Sequence record: PZ445440.1
Direction: 5' to 3' (one strand)
DNA: 64,000 nt
Source of the DNA: a phage
The notes under the pieces are model-generated. The model was not told the DNA's origin. It searched no databases and worked only from the letters and a program-made list of their open reading frames with translations. Below, one piece after another: positions 27,084-36,212 of the stretch (the first letter of the stretch is position 1; every line of letters begins with the position of its first letter). Made by a program: the position numbers and the translations under genes.

Positions 27084-27662
27084 TTAATTACCACGGGCTG
27101 CATTAGCAACGGCGTAAGCGTACTGAACATTAGCGTCTTTAAACGTACCTTTAGAGGTATCTATTTCCGCCTTAAAGCCACCTTTAGCCATAACATCGGC
27201 AAATTCTTTACGGAAAGCCATTGCATCAAGACCTTTCCATGATGATTTATGCTTGGCAAATTCAAGACCGGCGTAGTTGACAGCCTTAGCTAATTTATTA
27301 TCAATAACCCATTTACCTGCTTTAGGCACAAACTTCGGGCCTTTTTGTTTAGAGAACAGTTTTAAATTCCAGCGACGAAGGTCACTGTCGGCTTTAACAA
27401 AAGCTGCGTCTAAGTTACTAGCAACAACATCTTCAATATGAGCAAATTTAAGTCCGTCAACTTCAATATTTAGATCGTTACGCCAGCGTAGTCCTTCCCA
27501 AGCGAAGGCTTTAAAATCAGAAGCTTTTGTGGCTAGATATCGTTCAAGTGGAGCAGTTTTAGGGTCAAAGCCGTTTCCGCCACGATAATTCCACTCGTCC
27601 TTATTAATGCCTTGAGCTTTTCCTGCAAAGGCCTCGGCGATAAATTCTTTATATGTTTTCAT
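27084..27662 (-). CDS. ipIII: internal head protein IPIII (capsid-targeting N-terminus MKTYKEFIAEA)
   Basis: 192 aa; near-identical over most of its length to recalled T4 IPIII. Confidence 0.9.
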   Translation of the reverse strand: MKTYKEFIAEAFAGKAQGINKDEWNYRGGNGFDPKTAPLERYLATKASDFKAFAWEGLRWRNDLNIEVDGLKFAHIEDVVASNLDAAFVKADSDLRRWNLKLFSKQKGPKFVPKAGKWVIDNKLAKAVNYAGLEFAKHKSSWKGLDAMAFRKEFADVMAKGGFKAEIDTSKGTFKDANVQYAYAVANAARGN

Positions 27663-27687
27663 TTTGTTCCTATTGATTTAATTTATG

Positions 27688-28002
27688 TTATTCTTTAGGG
27701 AAGTTTTTAGAGTATGCATCATAAAGTTTATTACCAATACGGCGGAAGACTTTAGCTGCAAAACGGTTTTCAGGGTTTTTAATCATGATTTGCATCATGT
27801 AAGTTCCTGCATCCGAAAGAGCTTCTTCGTAGTACCCATTAATTTCTTTAAGAGTCCTACGTTTACCGCCAGGACCATCAACAGTAATTTTCCATTTACC
27901 AGTAGAAGTGCGGCTCGGTGGTTCAACTTGTTCAATCCAAATATAACCACCTTCAACGCGTTGGTTGGCGGATTCTGCAATAAATTCTTTATACGTTTTC
28001 AT
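27688..28002 (-). CDS. ipII: internal head protein IPII-like (CTS MKTYKEFIAE)
   Basis: 104 aa; CTS N-terminus; position as in T4. Confidence 0.8.
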   Translation of the reverse strand: MKTYKEFIAESANQRVEGGYIWIEQVEPPSRTSTGKWKITVDGPGGKRRTLKEINGYYEEALSDAGTYMMQIMIKNPENRFAAKVFRRIGNKLYDAYSKNFPKE

Positions 28003-28065
28003 TTTTGTTTCCTTGTTTGTTTTGATAGAGTAATTATACCATATTAATACTTAAGCGTAAACAAT

Positions 28066-28326
28066 TTAAGCTTGACCGCCAGAAATAATTCCGAAGTTGT
28101 TAAAATCATGTCCAATATCGTCAACATCTACTTTAGGACTTGCTACAACATAAGCAATTTCACTACGTTTTGCATAGGTGTTGATTTCTTTACCATCGCC
28201 ACCTAAAAAAGAATACCCATTACGTTTTAATGAGCCAAAGTCTTCGGCATCACCAACGAAAGCTTTAACTTTAAATTTAGGACCTTTGGCAACTGCTTCA
28301 GCGATAAATTCTTGATACATTTTCAT
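28066..28326 (-). CDS. internal-protein-like small protein (CTS MKMYQEFIAEA)
   Basis: ORF track 28066..28392; start at ATG 28326 restores CTS consensus. Confidence 0.65.
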   Translation of the reverse strand: MKMYQEFIAEAVAKGPKFKVKAFVGDAEDFGSLKRNGYSFLGGDGKEINTYAKRSEIAYVVASPKVDVDDIGHDFNNFGIISGGQA

Positions 28327-28333
28327 TTTTCCC

Positions 28334-28747
28334 TTAGTAAATTGATTTACCATAGTATTTGTACCAAGTCGGACGTTGAGCAATTTTTTCATCTAAGCGT
28401 GCTTGACTTATCGCGATGGATGCTTCGGACGGGACGTAATTATTACGAAATTCTACAGGGATGTCGGAAATATCCTGGACTGTCGTGTCCTTGATTTTGA
28501 AACCACGTTTCAAACATTCAGCGATTAGCTCGATTTGACGTAAACGTAAAAATTCGAGTTTGTCGTAAAAGAATGTTACGTGACCTGTGCCTAAGATAAA
28601 TGTTGGAGAGATTTTAAAATCCTTTACACGTTTACCGTTTTGAACATGTTTACGGACTGCACCAAATATGCGTGGTAATTCACGATACTCAGCCATAAGA
28701 TGTTGGTCGGTCAGTTCAGAAACAAGTGTTAAATTGATACGGGTCAT
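28334..28747 (-). CDS. denV: endonuclease V (pyrimidine dimer DNA glycosylase) DenV
   Basis: ORF track 28334..28759; ATG 28747; [12 protein letters not shown]...AEYRELPR near-identical to recalled T4 DenV. Confidence 0.92.
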   Translation of the reverse strand: MTRINLTLVSELTDQHLMAEYRELPRIFGAVRKHVQNGKRVKDFKISPTFILGTGHVTFFYDKLEFLRLRQIELIAECLKRGFKIKDTTVQDISDIPVEFRNNYVPSEASIAISQARLDEKIAQRPTWYKYYGKSIY

Positions 28748-28805
28748 AATTTCCTCCAAGTAGTTGATGAATGTATAGTATCAAAACCCTTGGAGGAAGT
28801 AAACA

Positions 28806-29087
28806 CTATTTTTCTGAAGCGCCTGAAATATATTTTTCAAGACGTTGTTTCATCAACGAGCCGTTCTTAGCGATTTCTTCCGGTTTATCGCACATACGCA
28901 ACAATGCTTCAAGCTTAGCGATATCGCTGGTACGTTCAAATTTGCGAGTATCTATCTTACTAGCAAGTTCAGAAATACGTGCTAGTAGACTTTCGGCTTC
29001 AACCAAAGCTGCACCTAGCTTAGTTGCAAATGTGTCAGTAGCTTCGTTAAGAATAGATTCTGATAAAAATTCACTATATGTTTTCAT
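28806..29087 (-). CDS. internal-protein-like small protein ([13 protein letters not shown])
   Basis: ORF track 28806..29102; ATG 29087. Confidence 0.65.
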   Translation of the reverse strand: MKTYSEFLSESILNEATDTFATKLGAALVEAESLLARISELASKIDTRKFERTSDIAKLEALLRMCDKPEEIAKNGSLMKQRLEKYISGASEK

Positions 29088-29572
29088 ATATACGCTTTCC
29101 AAGTTCCTGTTTTAAATGTTGAGATTACGCGTTTCGCGCGATTAGGTGTCTGACGATACCATTTAGATTGGGCTAGATTTACTGCCGCTTCATCCCAACG
29201 TTTCTGTTGAAGCATACGAAGAGAATTAGTAAAACCAGCGACGCCTGCTACACCCATTTGGAAGACCATATTGACCAATGCACATCGACGAACCGCATCT
29301 AAAGAATCATATACCGGTTTAAGTTTAGCATTACCCAAGATTCCGCGAACGGCTTTATCAACGTCTTCATTAAATAGCTTTTCAGCCTCATCAAGGGTAA
29401 TTGTACCGTTGCATTTACGTCCGATCATTCTGTCAAGTTCAGCTTTAGCTACGGCTAAAGACGGGTTCTTTGTTACTAAATGGCCTATGCCAATCGTCCA
29501 AAAGCCTTCGGTGTCTTTGTATAAAGTCAGTCTAAGACCTTCGTCATTACGAAGCATTTCAAATATATTCAT
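29084..29572 (-). CDS. e: lysozyme (endolysin) e
   Basis: ORF track 29084..29584; ATG 29572; [15 protein letters not shown]...TxGIGHL matches T4 lysozyme. Confidence 0.95.
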   Translation of the reverse strand: MNIFEMLRNDEGLRLTLYKDTEGFWTIGIGHLVTKNPSLAVAKAELDRMIGRKCNGTITLDEAEKLFNEDVDKAVRGILGNAKLKPVYDSLDAVRRCALVNMVFQMGVAGVAGFTNSLRMLQQKRWDEAAVNLAQSKWYRQTPNRAKRVISTFKTGTWKAYI

Positions 29573-29606
29573 AATACCTCCCACGTTTATAGGAGGTATT
29601 TATTAC

Positions 29607-30065
29607 TTATAGGAGGGTAGTGAGCACCTTATATAATGATTTACCCATTACATATTCCCATTGAGAAGGTTTAATTAAAGCGAATGCATCAAATTCAGGA
29701 ATCTGTCGTCCGTCCGGGAATGTATGATAGGAATTACAAACACTGTTTCTGAATTGCTCGTGCTCTACAGGAATGGTATATTGGAACAGATGAATATTCT
29801 TATTGTCTGAGTAATGATGTTCGCCTAGGTCTTTCAGGAAGGCAGGGTCATATTGTGTAAACCCAGTTTCTTCTTCGCATTCACGAATAGCGGCTTCAAT
29901 AGGAGATTCGCCGGGTTCGACACGACCTTTAGGAATATCCCACCGATGAGCTAATGCACCTTTAGGACGAGAACCAGTTACACGCCCCATGAATAATTCT
30001 TTATCTTCGGTAAGGAAAATAATACCGGCTGATAGTTCTTTCACTTTATTTTTCTTACTCATCAT
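29607..30065 (-). CDS. nudE: NUDIX hydrolase NudE (e.1)
   Basis: 152 aa; Nudix box GRVEPGESPIEAAIRECEEETG. Confidence 0.85.
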   Translation of the reverse strand: MMSKKNKVKELSAGIIFLTEDKELFMGRVTGSRPKGALAHRWDIPKGRVEPGESPIEAAIRECEEETGFTQYDPAFLKDLGEHHYSDNKNIHLFQYTIPVEHEQFRNSVCNSYHTFPDGRQIPEFDAFALIKPSQWEYVMGKSLYKVLTTLL

Positions 30066-30291
30066 CTCGGTCCCATGATTTGGCCATTAATTCGGACATA
30101 AATTCTTCAATGCGCGTTTCTTTAGATGGACTTTCACTATTAGAGACCGCAAGTTTGTAATCTGCAATAGGACAAAACATATCAAGGTCCATATTAAGAT
30201 CGTCTTTGATTTTTTCTTCTGACACATCTTTATCGTATGTGTACAGATAACTATCACATGATTCTGATTTAATGTAAATTGCTATACTCAT
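30055..30291 (-). CDS. small acidic hypothetical protein
   Basis: ORF track 30055..30306; second ATG has AGGAA upstream. Confidence 0.5.
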   Translation of the reverse strand: MSIAIYIKSESCDSYLYTYDKDVSEEKIKDDLNMDLDMFCPIADYKLAVSNSESPSKETRIEEFMSELMAKSWDRDDE

Positions 30292-30779
30292 CTCAAATTC
30301 CTGCATTCGGTAATAAAACGTTCAACTTCATTATTCTTGGCCTTTATCTTGTCTTTACGTTCCTGTAAACTACTTTTAACAAGATTAATAATGATGCCTA
30401 CAGTACCTCCACCAATGATGCCACCAACAACACTTATGATACTAGATGCTAATAAGATAGCAATAATATCAACAAAACCGAAAGAACTCACCTTAGTACT
30501 AAAAAACCACACTGACGGTACAAATATAATCCATCCTGTTATCCATTGGCACTTATTGAAAAACTTTTCAAGCTCAGCTTGAGTTGTTCGTATTACTTCA
30601 TCGATAGGTTGATATCCATTAATGTATCTGTTCACGATAATACCTGCTGGCTGGTTGATTTTAAATTCTTGGCAAATATGTTTCACTAAGTAGGACGGAC
30701 ATCCTGTCCAATCTACTGAATAATACGAAATACCTTCGTTGCCATCGTCTATATTAGACCAATATGTTTTGTTAATCAT
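30288..30779 (-). CDS. membrane protein (C-terminal TM helices; tail ...FITECR)
   Basis: ORF track; hydrophobic C-terminal half. Confidence 0.65.
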   Translation of the reverse strand: MINKTYWSNIDDGNEGISYYSVDWTGCPSYLVKHICQEFKINQPAGIIVNRYINGYQPIDEVIRTTQAELEKFFNKCQWITGWIIFVPSVWFFSTKVSSFGFVDIIAILLASSIISVVGGIIGGGTVGIIINLVKSSLQERKDKIKAKNNEVERFITECRNLR

Positions 30780-31465
30780 TACCAGCCTTCCATAGGGAAT
30801 TCCAGATAAACTTGGGCATTGACACGAATTTCATTGGTAATCTTTTTAACTCGGTCTGTATTACGAGATACACGTCCGAACCAACGCCATCCGTTACTAA
30901 TTGCACGAGAACCAGTGTGCCATGTTTGCCAATCAAACTGAAGAAGAGTACGGTCTGGAGCTTCCCATTTCTCTAGTTCACCTTTTTCGATTTTTTCGAG
31001 GACTTCTTTGTGCCACTGGCGATAGATAAGTTCGCCATCAGGAATCTGACTGAACTCTGCAGTTCCTGTTGCAAAATGAGTAGGACACACATCAGAGTTA
31101 ACAAGACCAAGAATATGTTCAGAATGGTAACGAGGGTTGTCATAGTCAGGTTGTCCTGCAGTAATAAAGTGTTGACCAACTGGAATATCCGGGCGTGGTA
31201 CATCGTCATGGTGATAACCTGGGATAGCAGGGTACCAACCAGGCATCAGCATGTGGACTCGTGAATCAAATACAACCTGGTCGGTGTTCCAATCATCCGG
31301 CAAGTTCATGATGAAGCTGCGAGTAATAGGACCGCCGTTATTATAAGCAAATTCTAAACTACAGTTAAAGAACATCGGTTCGTTCTTGATTTTATCATTA
31401 GAAATGCTACCGGCAAAACCACCTACTGCACGAGCTTGGCTATTAAACACTTTAGAACTATTCAT
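30779..31465 (-). CDS. hypothetical protein (228 aa, His-rich)
   Basis: ORF track; ATG with GAGGAAAA upstream embedded in the preceding gene's last codons. Confidence 0.7.
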   Translation of the reverse strand: MNSSKVFNSQARAVGGFAGSISNDKIKNEPMFFNCSLEFAYNNGGPITRSFIMNLPDDWNTDQVVFDSRVHMLMPGWYPAIPGYHHDDVPRPDIPVGQHFITAGQPDYDNPRYHSEHILGLVNSDVCPTHFATGTAEFSQIPDGELIYRQWHKEVLEKIEKGELEKWEAPDRTLLQFDWQTWHTGSRAISNGWRWFGRVSRNTDRVKKITNEIRVNAQVYLEFPMEGW

Positions 31466-31466
31466 A

Positions 31467-31772
31467 TTATTTTCCTCGACATTCTTTAATGAAATTTTCT
31501 AGATTGGTAGATTCAATAGCTTTTTTACGAGCTTCTGCGTGTTCTTCTTCGGACAATTTACGTTTATAATTGACCCAGACATTATGGTCTAAACCGGTCG
31601 TGGCATATAATATCAAAGCTCCGACGAATAATAAAAACGGTGATAAAAATATACAACCAGGAACACCATCCATACTGTAAGCCTTTTGTAATACTGCAAC
31701 AGAAAGAGCTGCGTAAAAAAGCGATGCAAATATTGTAAAAAGACCGATTCGGTTGGTTTCGCCTAATTTCAT
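31467..31772 (-). CDS. membrane protein (2 TM; tail ...NFIKECRGK)
   Basis: ORF track; ATG with GAGGAGAA upstream. Confidence 0.65.
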   Translation of the reverse strand: MKLGETNRIGLFTIFASLFYAALSVAVLQKAYSMDGVPGCIFLSPFLLFVGALILYATTGLDHNVWVNYKRKLSEEEHAEARKKAIESTNLENFIKECRGK

Positions 31773-31789
31773 AATATTCTCCTCATGTT

Positions 31790-31832
31790 TTAATAGGACT
31801 ACTATAACATAGCCCTATAATTGTGTAAACAG
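31790..31832 (-). promoter_or_regulatory. early promoter with stem-loop (GTTTACA ... TTATAG in TAGGACTA/TAGCCCTA repeat)
   Basis: Read in sequence. Confidence 0.5.
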
Positions 31833-31842
31833 TTTTGTGAAG

Positions 31843-32799
31843 TTATTTGAAAGGTTTTACCATATGGAAATTTTGTTTGAAACGTTTGACGTAATCGTCG
31901 TGTCCTAAGCTTTGGTACATACTTACTACTTTGCTGTAGTTTTCCCAGGCATACTCACGGAACCAACCAGAGGTGATGCTTGTACAGACCTTTTCCAATG
32001 CCATCATGAAACTGGCTTCAGGGTTAATTTTAAAGTCATTAGGAATTTGAGAACGTTCTAATGCTAGTACACATGATTCTTCGTATACACCGGCCAGTTT
32101 AATCATTTCTGGTAACGATTCGAACTTCTCGCGTGAGGTCATGACTTCAGAACCGTCTTTCATGTAAAACGTATAAGCCGGACGGTCTGTTAGTGCAATG
32201 GCTTCATGAATAGTATCATGGTCATATGTATAGATGTCATCTTTAAAGAACGCACTTTTAGAAGTGTCAAGAACCGGGTGAGCATAGTTCAAAGTTTCTT
32301 TCTGGCGTTTCAGCATAATTTCAGTAAGTTCATCGTTCAGTGTAACACCTTTACCACGAAGATACTGAATATGGTTCATAGTCTTTAAAAAGAATGGATT
32401 ATTTTTCTTGAAACGGTGAGACATCTTAATTGCAAGACATATCTCAGGAGTTGCCCAGTAAAACCCGGTCAAACGGTCTTTAGTCAAATTTTTCTTGGCG
32501 TATTTTAAAAGGTCATAAGAAGACGTGAAATCTTCAGGAGTGAGTTCACCGACTAGTTCACGGACATTAGTGATTGCCGGAACAATATACGCTTCAAAAT
32601 GAGTTTCGCGTCCATTATGGAAGCATTTGAAAACTTGGACATCAGGGTTATCTTGGTGGACATATACACCCATCATTTGATTTTTGAATGCATTCCAAGA
32701 ACATTGGTCCGCAATAAAGTCCCAATCACTATTTTTGATAGCGCTAGAATCAATAAGACCGTGATAGTGAAGTGCACGAGAACCAATAACTAACAACAT
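31843..32799 (-). CDS. hypothetical protein with nucleotidyltransferase-like N-terminal motif (318 aa)
   Basis: IGSRALHYHGLIDSSAIKNSDWDF resembles the GS...D.D signature; ATG with GAGGAAAA upstream. Confidence 0.7.
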   Translation of the reverse strand: MLLVIGSRALHYHGLIDSSAIKNSDWDFIADQCSWNAFKNQMMGVYVHQDNPDVQVFKCFHNGRETHFEAYIVPAITNVRELVGELTPEDFTSSYDLLKYAKKNLTKDRLTGFYWATPEICLAIKMSHRFKKNNPFFLKTMNHIQYLRGKGVTLNDELTEIMLKRQKETLNYAHPVLDTSKSAFFKDDIYTYDHDTIHEAIALTDRPAYTFYMKDGSEVMTSREKFESLPEMIKLAGVYEESCVLALERSQIPNDFKINPEASFMMALEKVCTSITSGWFREYAWENYSKVVSMYQSLGHDDYVKRFKQNFHMVKPFK

Positions 32800-32827
32800 A
32801 ATATTTTCCTCGGATTAATTCATTAAC

Positions 32828-33067
32828 TTAAATTTCACGACATGCGATATCATATTCATCCCAGAGGTCATCATGTGAAGCCTCTACCAATGGAACGATT
32901 GTACCATTTATGTCTTCATTATAAGGGCAAATTGTACAGTGCGCATCTTCGAATCGGATGCCTTTGTGTTCAGATTTTTTATAACGCATATCGAATATCT
33001 TTGCAAACTTTTCACGAGTAATGGTTTTACCAACCACTTTGGTTCCGATACTTTCGTAATAAATCAT
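32828..33067 (-). CDS. hypothetical protein (79 aa, Cys/His-containing)
   Basis: ORF track 32828..33079; second ATG in ATGGAGAACAAAATG leader. Confidence 0.6.
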   Translation of the reverse strand: MIYYESIGTKVVGKTITREKFAKIFDMRYKKSEHKGIRFEDAHCTICPYNEDINGTIVPLVEASHDDLWDEYDIACREI

Positions 33068-33129
33068 TTTGTTCTCCATTTGTTTTGATAGGACTACTAT
33101 AACATAGCCCTATCTTGTTGTAAACTGTT

Positions 33130-33327
33130 TTAGCAAGAATAACTAGATGATACCCAGCCTTGAACAGTGATACTATTGTGGGATAATGAGATCGCGTCCT
33201 GGAGATTCAGACCTGCGTTATCTTCAATCCATAATGTAACTTCTTCGCGTTCTTCTGTTGCAATTTGGAACAGGTTTTCTAGAGCAGCTACTGCGGTACG
33301 TACAGCACAATCTAATTCACGAGACAT
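33130..33327 (-). CDS. small acidic protein, paralog family member (C-terminus GWVSSSYSC)
   Basis: ORF track; AAGGAAA upstream. Confidence 0.6.
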   Translation of the reverse strand: MSRELDCAVRTAVAALENLFQIATEEREEVTLWIEDNAGLNLQDAISLSHNSITVQGWVSSSYSC

Positions 33328-33336
33328 ATGGTTTCC

Positions 33337-33609
33337 TTAGCAAGTGTGAGAAGATGCAACCCAACCGCCATCTTCAAGGCTCAGGTTGTAGTCGTATTGG
33401 TAAACGTCAGCCCATTCAGCATAGCCGTTTTTTGTACAACGTTCAAGATCGGCTTTAAGATGTCCGGGTGAATGATAGGTTCCACCCATACCATAAGCTG
33501 GATACAAGTCGAATGTTGTGTTTTGTTTATCAGCAATTTCTTTGGCAGCCTCAATAGCTGCATAGATTTTTGCTACAGCTTCGGCCAGTTCGGTTTGTTC
33601 TTTAGACAT
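33337..33609 (-). CDS. small acidic protein, paralog family member (C-terminus GGWVASSHTC)
   Basis: ORF track; AAGGAA upstream. Confidence 0.6.
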   Translation of the reverse strand: MSKEQTELAEAVAKIYAAIEAAKEIADKQNTTFDLYPAYGMGGTYHSPGHLKADLERCTKNGYAEWADVYQYDYNLSLEDGGWVASSHTC

Positions 33610-33618
33610 AATGATTCC

Positions 33619-33924
33619 TTAGCACAACGCAGAAGACGAAACCCAAGCACCTTCAGTAATAACGTAACCATTACCTTCACGCTTAACATCACCACCATTA
33701 TTTTCAATTTCATCTTTCATCCACTGGGATACGATTTCACCCTTAGGATAATAAGTACGTCCGCTACCATAATCACCTACAGAAAATGATACGGCATATT
33801 GGTCTGCGATCTTTGTTGCTTCTTCTTCGATACGTTCAGCTTGATTCAGAAGTTTATAAATTGCATCTGAAGCGGATTTGGCATCATTAAACTCTGGTAC
33901 TTTAATTTCAATAATCTTACTCAT
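33619..33924 (-). CDS. small acidic protein, paralog family member (C-terminus GAWVSSSALC)
   Basis: ORF track; ATGA overlap with upstream gene. Confidence 0.6.
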   Translation of the reverse strand: MSKIIEIKVPEFNDAKSASDAIYKLLNQAERIEEEATKIADQYAVSFSVGDYGSGRTYYPKGEIVSQWMKDEIENNGGDVKREGNGYVITEGAWVSSSALC

Positions 33925-34280
33925 TTTCTACATTCCTTAATAAAGTTTTCGATTGTTTCATTTTCACGTTTAGCTAGAAGTTCATTATAACTAATCATTT
34001 GAGAAGCGTAAACCTTTTTATTTTTCTTGTTATGGTTTATAAAATCGTAGTAAAAATAGACTACAGTACAAAATGATGCGATGGATGCAAAGGCTTGGGT
34101 ATACCGTAAGTCCTGCCATTGGTCTGTGAATCCACCGGTATTCCCTATAAATCCTAACACAACTCCGTCAATAAGAAATCCAACTAATCCAAAGGCAAAT
34201 CCCATGCCAATACTCATAATAAAAATTAAAATATTCTCACCAAGAGAAGGCCATACGGTTAAGAGTTGAGGCTTTTGCAT
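33921..34280 (-). CDS. membrane protein (tail ...ENFIKECRK)
   Basis: ORF track; hydrophobic helices. Confidence 0.65.
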   Translation of the reverse strand: MQKPQLLTVWPSLGENILIFIMSIGMGFAFGLVGFLIDGVVLGFIGNTGGFTDQWQDLRYTQAFASIASFCTVVYFYYDFINHNKKNKKVYASQMISYNELLAKRENETIENFIKECRK

Positions 34281-34654
34281 CTTATTTCCTTAACGAATTC
34301 CATAGCTTCTTCATATTCATACTTTTTAACAGCTTCATCATACTGAGCTTGGGCTTTTGCGCACTGAACTTTCCACTCGCGAACTCGAGCTCTGTGATGA
34401 CGGCCTTGGTGCCAATATCCTGCCCAATTAATAGGCATTAATAAAAACGGTACAATAAGTGGTGCGACGAACATTAATGAAAACGCTGCATCAGACGATA
34501 TAACTTTATTGGAATCTAAAATAGCTCCTATAATCATAAAGATTAAAAATGCTAAAGCTAAAATAGGGCCAAATAGTACTTCGTTTGGGATTAATTTACG
34601 TTTGTATTCGTATGCCCAGGGCTTAATTGGCATGTACAGGGTTGGCTTTGACAT
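34259..34654 (-). CDS. membrane protein (start uncertain)
   Basis: ORF track 34259..34684 begins with TTG; internal ATGs at 34654 or 34633. Confidence 0.5.
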   Translation of the reverse strand: MSKPTLYMPIKPWAYEYKRKLIPNEVLFGPILALAFLIFMIIGAILDSNKVISSDAAFSLMFVAPLIVPFLLMPINWAGYWHQGRHHRARVREWKVQCAKAQAQYDEAVKKYEYEEAMEFVKEIRCKSLNS

Positions 34655-35225
34655 ATTCTCTACATTCCATAATAAATTGCTCAAGGATTAAATTGTTAGT
34701 GAAATTAGGACTAACAACCATAGTTTCATAAAGCGCATCAATAGCACTTAAAGCATCAACTCTTTTAAGCAAAGGCTTGCCTTCATACATAGTTTCAGAA
34801 TCGACGATTAACGTAAAGTAATATTTTTTATTATCGACTAGAACTTCTGTGTCGATATAAAACATATTAGACCTCAGAAGCTTATCTCTAAAACCATAAT
34901 AATCTTCTGAACGTTCGCTGATATATTCCCATTCAGTGTTTAAACAACAAACAGACCACGTAGGAGCAACGAAATCAGTGAATCTAATATCATGGTCTGC
35001 AACTAGTTTAGCAATAGCTCCGATATCATGAATCATAATACCTGGGGCTAATAAAGATTTTCTGCTATGGCTAGCCGTTTTCTCAGTGGTCTCATAAGAA
35101 GCCGACCAGTACCATTTACGTCCGGTTGCAACATATCGTAATGAATCAACTAAAGACGTAGGTGGATTTACCTTATCTCGGAACTCTTCGAACATTGAGT
35201 CAATATCATTATTTTGGTTTCGCAT
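34623..35225 (-). CDS. hypothetical protein (200 aa; tail ...QFIMECREYV)
   Basis: ORF track 34623..35246; ATG 35225 with AGGAG upstream. Confidence 0.65.
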   Translation of the reverse strand: MRNQNNDIDSMFEEFRDKVNPPTSLVDSLRYVATGRKWYWSASYETTEKTASHSRKSLLAPGIMIHDIGAIAKLVADHDIRFTDFVAPTWSVCCLNTEWEYISERSEDYYGFRDKLLRSNMFYIDTEVLVDNKKYYFTLIVDSETMYEGKPLLKRVDALSAIDALYETMVVSPNFTNNLILEQFIMECREYVKANPVHAN

Positions 35226-35242
35226 GTTAACTCCTTTATCAT

Positions 35243-35270
35243 CCAAAAGGAGGACCGGAGTCCTCCGTAT
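35243..35270 (-). terminator. intrinsic terminator (GGAGGAC-tccg-GTCCTCC + TTTT)
   Basis: Perfect 7-bp stem plus T-run on minus strand. Confidence 0.55.
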
Positions 35271-35274
35271 TATT

Positions 35275-35868
35275 TTATTTCAAAGAGTTAATATATTCTT
35301 GTACATCAGCAGAAGTGGTTTCGACACCGGCTGGAGTGCCATTGAACGTTTCAACACGAGTCAGAGTGTCTTCGATATCAACCTTAGTCAGTGCAGCGAT
35401 TTCAATTACATCATCGGCCGTAGAGATACCAAGGGCATTGGCTGCTCGAGTTTCACGAATGTATTCGAGTTTGATTGCCAGGTTCTGACGAGCATCATCA
35501 AGTTCAACCACCTTACGAGCAATTTCAATTCGCATAGCGGCATACCCGTCAGCTTTTGTATTAAGTTGTTCTGCAGTTCGACGATACAGAAGACCAAGCT
35601 TAGCATGCATGGTAACATCTTGTCCTTCAGCCAAGAGCTTACGAATTTCACGTTCCTTAGAAGCGGCTTGCTTATTCTTTTCAATAACAAGTTCGCGAAT
35701 ACGTTTTTCTTCATTAATAGATTTAACAGAAGCCGTTTTTAGTTCTTTGATTTGGGTAATCAACTTATCTGCAGCTGCGTTATACTGTTCTTCGACAGTC
35801 AGATTTTTAGCCATAGCAGTACCCAGTTTAGTGCGGATGAATTCAACAAGTTTCTTCAGTGTGTTCAT
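35275..35868 (-). CDS. coiled-coil protein (about 197 aa)
   Basis: ORF track 35275..35883; ATG 35868; heptad-rich throughout. Confidence 0.7.
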   Translation of the reverse strand: MNTLKKLVEFIRTKLGTAMAKNLTVEEQYNAAADKLITQIKELKTASVKSINEEKRIRELVIEKNKQAASKEREIRKLLAEGQDVTMHAKLGLLYRRTAEQLNTKADGYAAMRIEIARKVVELDDARQNLAIKLEYIRETRAANALGISTADDVIEIAALTKVDIEDTLTRVETFNGTPAGVETTSADVQEYINSLK

Positions 35869-35894
35869 ATTATTACCTTTCAATTGGTGGTTTA

Positions 35895-35945
35895 TTATCC
35901 AATGAGAGCATTATACTCTGCTCTCAAGAGTTTGTAAATTATTTT
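35895..35945 (-). promoter_or_regulatory. sigma70-type early promoter with stem-loop (TTTACA-17-TATAAT flanked by GAGAGC/GCTCTC)
   Basis: Near copy of element at 6085..6140. Confidence 0.5.
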
Positions 35946-36166
35946 TTAATCAAATTGACATAAAACTTGGCGTCTTCCGGGTGCATGCCTTCACAGTATT
36001 CTTCAACCATGAACTTCTTAACAGCTTCATAAGGACCACTCAGATTAAGCTCAGTTGTCCAGAACTTGGAATCTTGGACTGAATCGATACGAACTTCAGG
36101 GTGACGGTTGCGAATAACTTCTTCGGTATATTCATAATCAACGACATCAATACTAACTTTAGCCAT
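35939..36166 (-). CDS. hypothetical protein (75 aa)
   Basis: ORF track; ATG with AGAGGAAAA upstream. Confidence 0.6.
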   Translation of the reverse strand: MAKVSIDVVDYEYTEEVIRNRHPEVRIDSVQDSKFWTTELNLSGPYEAVKKFMVEEYCEGMHPEDAKFYVNLIKK

Positions 36167-36212
36167 TTTGTTTTCCTCTTGATTTGATGTGATTACTATA
36201 ACATAAACTTAC

